From the NCBI GenBank assembly GCA_041180705.1, contig JBEGRA010000155.1, forward strand, positions 1 through 32,238: a DNA stretch of 32,238 nt, given 5' to 3'. The position numbers were made by a program, and so were the translations under genes. Under the pieces are notes generated by a model. It was not told the origin of the DNA. It worked only from the letters and a program-made list of their open reading frames with translations, and made no database searches. The stretch's first letter is position 1. Each line of letters starts with the position of its first letter. Positions 27,651 to 32,238 of the stretch are shown in pieces. Source of the stretch: Pseudomonadota bacterium (GTDB lineage: Bacteria; Pseudomonadota; Gammaproteobacteria; Steroidobacterales; Steroidobacteraceae).

Positions 27651-29015
27651 TCAGGCGACGCTCTTGAGCGCCTTGGTAACCGCGGCGGCGATGCGGTCGA
27701 TCTCGTCGCGGGTCACCACCAGCGGCGGGGCAATCAGCAGGATGTTGCAGCGCCCGGGCACGGTGTTGGTATTGCGACCCAGGATCACCCCATCACCCCT
27801 GCAACTTGCCAGGATCTGCATGATCTTGGCTTCGCCGAGCGGCACCTTGCTCTCGCGGTCTTCGACCAGTTCGATTCCCGTGAGCATGCCCAGCCCGCGA
27901 ATCTCACCGACATGGGGGTGCTGGCCCAATTCGCGGCCCAGCACATCGCGCACATGGTCGCCCTGCTCACGGGCATTGCCCGCCAGACCTTCGCGCTCCA
28001 CGATCGCGATCGCCTCCAGCGCGATCGCCGCGCCAACCGGATGACCGCCGAACGTGTTGATCTGGCGCAAGTGTCGCATGCTGTCCGACGCGCCGTCGAA
28101 GCCGGTGAAGACATGGTCCTTCACCACCGTCGCGCCCATCGGGAAGTAACCGCTCGAAAGCCCCTTGGCGAAAGTGTAAATATCCGCCTCGGTCGCCCAG
28201 TGCTCATAACCGAACATGGTCCCGAGCCGGCCGAAACCGGAGACGACCTCGTCGAAGATCAGCAAGACGCCGTACCGATCGCAGATCTGGCGGACCAGCG
28301 GCAGGTAATTGTCCGGGGGCACGATAACCCCGCCGCCCGACATCATCGGCTCCATGATCACCGCAGCCACCGTATTGGCGCCTTCGTGGATGATTGCCTC
28401 TTCAAGCAGGCGGGCGCACTCTGCGCCGTGTTCCAGCGTGCTCAGCTTGGGATGGGCGCGGAACGGGTAGGGCGGCATGACGTGCACGAAGCCCGCCGGT
28501 CCAGGCTCCGATCCGGTCTTGCGCTCGGCCTGGCCGGTGGCAGCCATCGCGCCGGCCGTGTTGCCGTGATAGGCCCGATAGCGTGAGATGATCTTGTAGC
28601 GGTTGTCGCCGGGCTTACCGTTCTGCAGATGATACTGCCGGGCAATCTTGAATGCGGCTTCATTGGCTTCCGAACCGCTCGACGAAAAATAGCTGTGGCA
28701 CTTGAAGCCCAGCATTGTCTTCATCTTTTCGGCAAGCGCCAGCGTGGGCTCACAGGCCATGACCGGCGCCAGGTAGTTGAGTTGCTCCATTTGCCGCGCA
28801 GCGATTTCACCGATCTCGCGCCGGCCATATCCGATGTTGACGCACCACAGTCCGGCCAGACCGTCGAGCAGCTGCGCACCATTGTTCATGGTCAGCGTGC
28901 AGCCCTTGGCAGACTGCATCTGCGGCGGCGTGGTTCCTCGCAGCGCAGCGTGCTGGGTCAGCGGACGCCATAGTTGGTCGGGATAATCGGCGGTCATGCT
29001 TTGCGCGCTGTCCAT
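27651..29015 (-). CDS. Class-III omega-aminotransferase (omega-amino acid:pyruvate / taurine:pyruvate-like subgroup)
   Basis: 454 aa. GLWCVNIGYGRREI, SSGSEANEAAFKIARQYH, ISRYRAYHGNT, ATGQAERK, FDEVVSGFGRLG, PLP lysine in IYTFAKGLSSGY, NTFGGHP. The start lies 11 nt after the ThDP gene stop, with AGGAA in between. Confidence 0.9.
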   Translation of the reverse strand: MDSAQSMTADYPDQLWRPLTQHAALRGTTPPQMQSAKGCTLTMNNGAQLLDGLAGLWCVNIGYGRREIGEIAARQMEQLNYLAPVMACEPTLALAEKMKTMLGFKCHSYFSSSGSEANEAAFKIARQYHLQNGKPGDNRYKIISRYRAYHGNTAGAMAATGQAERKTGSEPGPAGFVHVMPPYPFRAHPKLSTLEHGAECARLLEEAIIHEGANTVAAVIMEPMMSGGGVIVPPDNYLPLVRQICDRYGVLLIFDEVVSGFGRLGTMFGYEHWATEADIYTFAKGLSSGYFPMGATVVKDHVFTGFDGASDSMRHLRQINTFGGHPVGAAIALEAIAIVEREGLAGNAREQGDHVRDVLGRELGQHPHVGEIRGLGMLTGIELVEDRESKVPLGEAKIMQILASCRGDGVILGRNTNTVPGRCNILLIAPPLVVTRDEIDRIAAAVTKALKSVA

Positions 29016-29026
29016 TGGCTGTTCCT

Positions 29027-30775
29027 TTATTCCGCCGCGGTCCTGACCCGCATTTCGATCATGCCCTGTGTCAGTGGCGATTTGACCCCTTGAGTCACCA
29101 CGTCGACGAAGGACGAGATATTCTGGTTGTTGTGCAAGGCGCGCTCGATTGCCGAGCGCAGCTGCGAAGCATCATCGACGCGCTCGGCATAGGCACCGCC
29201 GCCAGAAAAGATCTTGCTGTAATCCATCTTGCGCAGGCTGGTTGCGACGACTTCGCCCCACATTTCCTTCTGCTGTTCCTGGATCATGCCCCACTGCGCA
29301 TTGTTGGCGACAAGCAGTGTAACCGGCGCGTTATGGTCGATCGACGTCTCAAGCGGGGTAACCCCCGGCGAGAGCCCGAGCGAACCGTCACCCGTCACCA
29401 GAACCACGCGCGATTCCGGCGAGGCCATCTTGACCGCAGTGGCATAGGCCGGACCGGTTCCCATCTGCTCCCACGGACCGGGGTTGATGATCGCCTTGAT
29501 CTTCTTGCCTTCAAGCGCCCAGATGCTGAGCGCGGTCTCGAACCAGCAGGCGATGTCGCCGCCGTCGATCACCATGATGTCCTTTTCGCCAAGCGACGAC
29601 AAAGCCTGGTAGCACAGCGCCACAGGGTGGATTGCCCCTTCGCTGGCATCGAGGTGCGGGCGATATTGTTCGACGCTTTCGCGCCGGCGCTCGCGGATGG
29701 AGGCGGGCCAGTCGGCACCGACCGACATGAGGCCTTCTTCAGCCTCCAGCGCTTTGAACAGCATCTTGATGTCGCTGCAGATGCGCGTATCCACCAGCAT
29801 GTTGTCACTCAGTTCACGCGGCGTGGGATTGACCGCGACCATGTGCAAACCAAGCCCAAACAGCGGCGCCTCACCAAAGTTGAGCGGGAAGTCGAGCCGG
29901 CCACCCAGGAACAGCACCAGGTCCACCTCGTCCATCAGGCAGCGTGAACACGGGTTCTGGTGATAGTCGACGATTCCCATGTTGTTGGGATGCGACATGT
30001 CATAGGTCTTGAGATGGGTTGTAGGCACAAAGATCGGCACGTTGTAGCGGGTCGAGAAGTCCTCCATCTCGCGCTCGGCATGCGCGAACCAGACCCCGGG
30101 TCCGGCGATGATGATCGGCTTTTTCGCCTTTGCCAGTAGATTCTTCAGCTCGGCCACGTCGTCAGGATTGGGTGCGGGCTTGTGCACCTTGTGGCGCTTT
30201 GTATCGAACTTGCGTGCGCCTTCGCGCTGCTCGAGACGGATCTTGCCCGAGAACAGGAAGTTGGTCGGGATAACCAGCTGCACCGGCCCGGTCGGCTGGT
30301 TGACGCAGATGTCATAGGCCTTGTCGAAGAACCAGCCGATCCGCTCCGGCGCGTTCACCTCGATCGCATATTTGGTCATGCAGCGGACGACTTCGGCCTG
30401 GGGCATTTCCTTGAAGCCCGCATTGTCGAAATTGTTGGTGTTCGAAGAGGCGCTGATGAAGATCACCGGATCGCCGACGTAGTAGGCTTCGGCCACTGCC
30501 GAGACATAGTTGGTGAAGCCGCTCGGTTCTGCAAGGCAAACGGTTGGCTCGCGCGTCAGCCGGGCATGGGCAGCCGCCATGAAGCCGGCCTCGAGCTCGT
30601 TACGGCAGCCGATGACTTCGATGCCGTATTCCGCGCAGCCCATGTAAATCGGATTGATGAACCCGCCGCACAGCGAATAGACGCGCTTGATCCCCTTGTC
30701 CGCCATGGCCTTGGCGAGCAGCGTTCCGCCGCTGATCTTGCCGCTAAGCGCCTTCTTGGTGTTTGCCGCATCCAT
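29027..30775 (-). CDS. Thiamine-diphosphate-dependent enzyme (acetolactate synthase / oxalyl-CoA decarboxylase / sulfoacetaldehyde acetyltransferase superfamily), specificity unknown
   Basis: ~582 aa from the ATG at 30775 (GGAGA upstream). N-terminal Pyr domain with catalytic Glu context CRNELEAGFMAAAHARL. ThDP motif VTGDGSLGLSPG...LLVANNAQWG (GDG-x-NN). Confidence 0.88.
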   Translation of the reverse strand: MDAANTKKALSGKISGGTLLAKAMADKGIKRVYSLCGGFINPIYMGCAEYGIEVIGCRNELEAGFMAAAHARLTREPTVCLAEPSGFTNYVSAVAEAYYVGDPVIFISASSNTNNFDNAGFKEMPQAEVVRCMTKYAIEVNAPERIGWFFDKAYDICVNQPTGPVQLVIPTNFLFSGKIRLEQREGARKFDTKRHKVHKPAPNPDDVAELKNLLAKAKKPIIIAGPGVWFAHAEREMEDFSTRYNVPIFVPTTHLKTYDMSHPNNMGIVDYHQNPCSRCLMDEVDLVLFLGGRLDFPLNFGEAPLFGLGLHMVAVNPTPRELSDNMLVDTRICSDIKMLFKALEAEEGLMSVGADWPASIRERRRESVEQYRPHLDASEGAIHPVALCYQALSSLGEKDIMVIDGGDIACWFETALSIWALEGKKIKAIINPGPWEQMGTGPAYATAVKMASPESRVVLVTGDGSLGLSPGVTPLETSIDHNAPVTLLVANNAQWGMIQEQQKEMWGEVVATSLRKMDYSKIFSGGGAYAERVDDASQLRSAIERALHNNQNISSFVDVVTQGVKSPLTQGMIEMRVRTAAE

Positions 30776-30998
30776 CCCGAGATCTCCAAGCTGTCCTGGT
30801 TTTTGCCTTTTCCGGATCTCACTATCGCCCGCAGCGATCAACGGACACCGGACCAAGGAATCGTCAGCAAAGGTAGGAAGCGACCCGACTCCCCGTATTA
30901 TGAATGCGCGCCAAAGGTTTGCTTTTAGACGCCAAGAACATTGGCAGCGCCATCAGTAGTTAGCCGAAGGGGAAACGCGGATGATTGACCGATTGGAG

Positions 30999-31012
30999 CC
31001 GGCTATAGCCGG
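30999..31012. promoter_or_regulatory. Perfect 14-bp palindrome CCGGCTATAGCCGG upstream of the ThDP operon
   Basis: Read directly from the sequence. Lies ~225 bp upstream of the start at 30775 and ~30 bp inside the right edge of the inserted block. Confidence 0.25.
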
Positions 31013-31041
31013 AAAGGCGATAGCTCAAGTAACGATGTCAG

Positions 31042-31191
31042 TTAGCTGCGGAACTCGGCTTCACCGGCTGCCGCTGCCACCGTGGCAGCAGGCTTCGCGA
31101 CCGGCTTGGTGGCGGCACTGGCAGCAGGGGCCAACAGCGCGGTGGAAAGTAGCGTGCTGGCGAGCAACAGCGGAGCGGCATGGCGCTTCAT
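31042..31191 (-). pseudogene. M20 metallopeptidase, 5' part (signal peptide and first ~49 codons), terminated by a TAA at the block boundary
   Basis: The ATG at 31191 is preceded by AAGGA. MKRHAAPLLLASTLLSTALLAPAASAATKPVAKPAATVAAAAGEAEFRS-stop is a Sec signal with an ASA-A site. The ...AEFR ending resembles the region just before the conserved N-terminal helix of secreted M20 peptidases. GC-rich sequence ends at ~31045. Confidence 0.65.
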
Positions 31192-31236
31192 GGGCGGTGT
31201 CCTTGAAACAAGAGAATGTCGGGCGGAGACGGGCAA

Positions 31237-32238
31237 CTAGAGGTTGGCTCCATGGCAATGCTTGTAGCGTTGGCCAGAGCCACAAGGGCAAGGCGCATTA
31301 CGCGACAGGTTCGGGTCGAACGCCGGAGCTTGCCGTGGCGGTGCAGAAGCGTGGGGCGTTGCATGGGCTGCCGAGGGGACGCCAGGGTTGCGTGGCACGG
31401 CCACGGGTCCTTGTGCGGGGAGCGCCGCGGCGGCCGTGGTCTTGAGTGGCGGCACGCCTTTCACGAATTGCTCGTGTACGCGCGGCACCACGGCGGCGTA
31501 GCCCACGCGCTCCAGGAATACGCGTTTGGCTTCCACGTCGTTGTTGTTCAGCAGCAGTGGCGGCGTGGTGTCGGGCAGGGCAGCCAGCGTGGCTTTCAGC
31601 AGCGCGTCGTAGTGCAGCCAGCCGGCTTCCTGAATGCCGTACTGGTACCACAGCGCCCGCCAGTCCTTGCAGAACCCGCCGAGCACGCGGGCATAGGTAG
31701 CCACCAGCGCGGGCGCGTTGTCCGGGCGGGAGCTGCAGTCGCGGATGAGGTCCCCGACCAGGTGGTCCACTTCGCCCGGCGACATGACCGTTTGCTGGCC
31801 GTAACGCTCCGTGCGCACCGTGGCCTGCAGGCCTTCCACGTAGGGAATGAACTTCGGCTCCAGCGGCGTGCCGTTGCGTGCCGCTTCATGAGCACGCGCC
31901 GCCATCTCCCAGAAACGCGAAGAACCGGCGGTGTCGATGACCAGGTGGGTACGCGGCTCCCGCCCGCCATTCACGACGCGATGCAGACGCCAGGTATCGA
32001 AAATCCAGCATTCGCCAGCGGCCATGTGCCGCTGTTCACCGCCGCAATGGAAAATGACGCCCGGGTTCGTCACCACCGGCACATGAATGCGCACGCGGTT
32101 GAACCAGTGATGGTGCACGTCGACGTGTTCACTCACCTCGCAGCCCGGCGCCAGGCGCATGAAGCGCGAACGCCCGAACACTTCGTTGAAGCTGGCGATG
32201 ACCTGCCGCAAGTACGGCGAACGGTCCAGCCAGGGCGT
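31237..32238 (-). CDS. Aspartyl/asparaginyl beta-hydroxylase-domain protein with C-terminal SEC-C zinc motif (partial; 5' end outside window)
   Basis: The frame is open to the window edge (..TPWLDRSPYLRQVIASF..). Cupin core EHVDVHHHWFNRVRIHVPVVTNPGVIFHCGG, Pro/Ala-rich linker, then CPCGSGQRYKHCHG at the C-terminus. Confidence 0.85.
   Translation of the reverse strand, partial: TPWLDRSPYLRQVIASFNEVFGRSRFMRLAPGCEVSEHVDVHHHWFNRVRIHVPVVTNPGVIFHCGGEQRHMAAGECWIFDTWRLHRVVNGGREPRTHLVIDTAGSSRFWEMAARAHEAARNGTPLEPKFIPYVEGLQATVRTERYGQQTVMSPGEVDHLVGDLIRDCSSRPDNAPALVATYARVLGGFCKDWRALWYQYGIQEAGWLHYDALLKATLAALPDTTPPLLLNNNDVEAKRVFLERVGYAAVVPRVHEQFVKGVPPLKTTAAAALPAQGPVAVPRNPGVPSAAHATPHASAPPRQAPAFDPNLSRNAPCPCGSGQRYKHCHGANL

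Larger units (their letters stand above)
9475..31043. other. Inserted ~21.6-kb catabolic gene block (genomic-island-like, no recognisable mobility genes)
   Basis: It separates the two halves of one M20 peptidase gene, which are on the same strand and in the correct order. 15 of 16 genes are on the minus strand. Hand counts of scattered 60-nt lines give a modestly lower GC than the flanks (not computed properly). Confidence 0.65.

Noticed and set aside
29027-30775. Calling the ThDP enzyme sulfoacetaldehyde acetyltransferase (Xsc) or glyoxylate carboligase (Gcl) outright.
   Set aside because: Only superfamily-level motifs are visible. The N-terminal region does not match my recollection of Xsc or Gcl closely enough, and specificity in this superfamily cannot be assigned without phylogeny. 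It is kept as a hypothesis in the findings.
1-32238. Search for CRISPR arrays, tRNA/rRNA genes, IS elements, integrases and phage genes.
   Set aside because: By eye I found no periodic short repeats, no tRNA-like cloverleaf candidates and no recombinase-like translations in the six-frame track. Absence is based on inspection only and should be confirmed with tRNAscan, ISfinder and CRISPR finders.

Overview
High-GC proteobacterial chromosomal window with about 29 supportable genes or gene fragments. All functional calls come from motif recognition in the supplied translations and hand reading of the DNA; no database search was possible.

Flanks (1-9474 and 31045-32238) look like core genome:
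- a partial ridA and a Tat-signal YtcJ-type amidohydrolase;
- spoT and rpoZ, then a plus-strand vapBC toxin-antitoxin pair wedged between rpoZ and gmk;
- a Tat-signal nitrilase-superfamily protein whose expected catalytic Cys appears to be replaced;
- a UrcA-family protein;
- at the right edge, an Asp/Asn beta-hydroxylase with a C-terminal SEC-C zinc motif.

The centre (about 9475-31043, ~21.6 kb, 16 genes, 15 on the minus strand) looks like an inserted block. It splits an M20 metallopeptidase gene: the signal-peptide end lies at 31191-31045 and the catalytic body at 9474-8185, on the same strand and in the right order. I see no integrase, transposase, tRNA or terminal repeats in the block.

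Its cargo is catabolic:
- soxBDAG-purU plus a GMC oxidoreductase;
- a TonB-dependent receptor, an MFS permease and a YeiH/putative-sulfate-exporter-family permease;
- an alanine dehydrogenase gene interrupted by a single in-frame TAG;
- an AraC regulator divergent from a class-III aminotransferase;
- a GST gene bracketed by an 83-bp direct repeat that duplicates the 3' end of that aminotransferase gene;
- a tightly coupled operon of ThDP enzyme, omega-aminotransferase and Dabb protein.

The most interesting hypothesis is that this operon, together with ald and the exporter-family permease, forms an uncharacterised amine -> aldehyde -> ThDP-cleavage pathway. Its logic parallels taurine dissimilation (Tpa/Ald/Xsc plus sulfite/sulfate export), and it would have been acquired horizontally.
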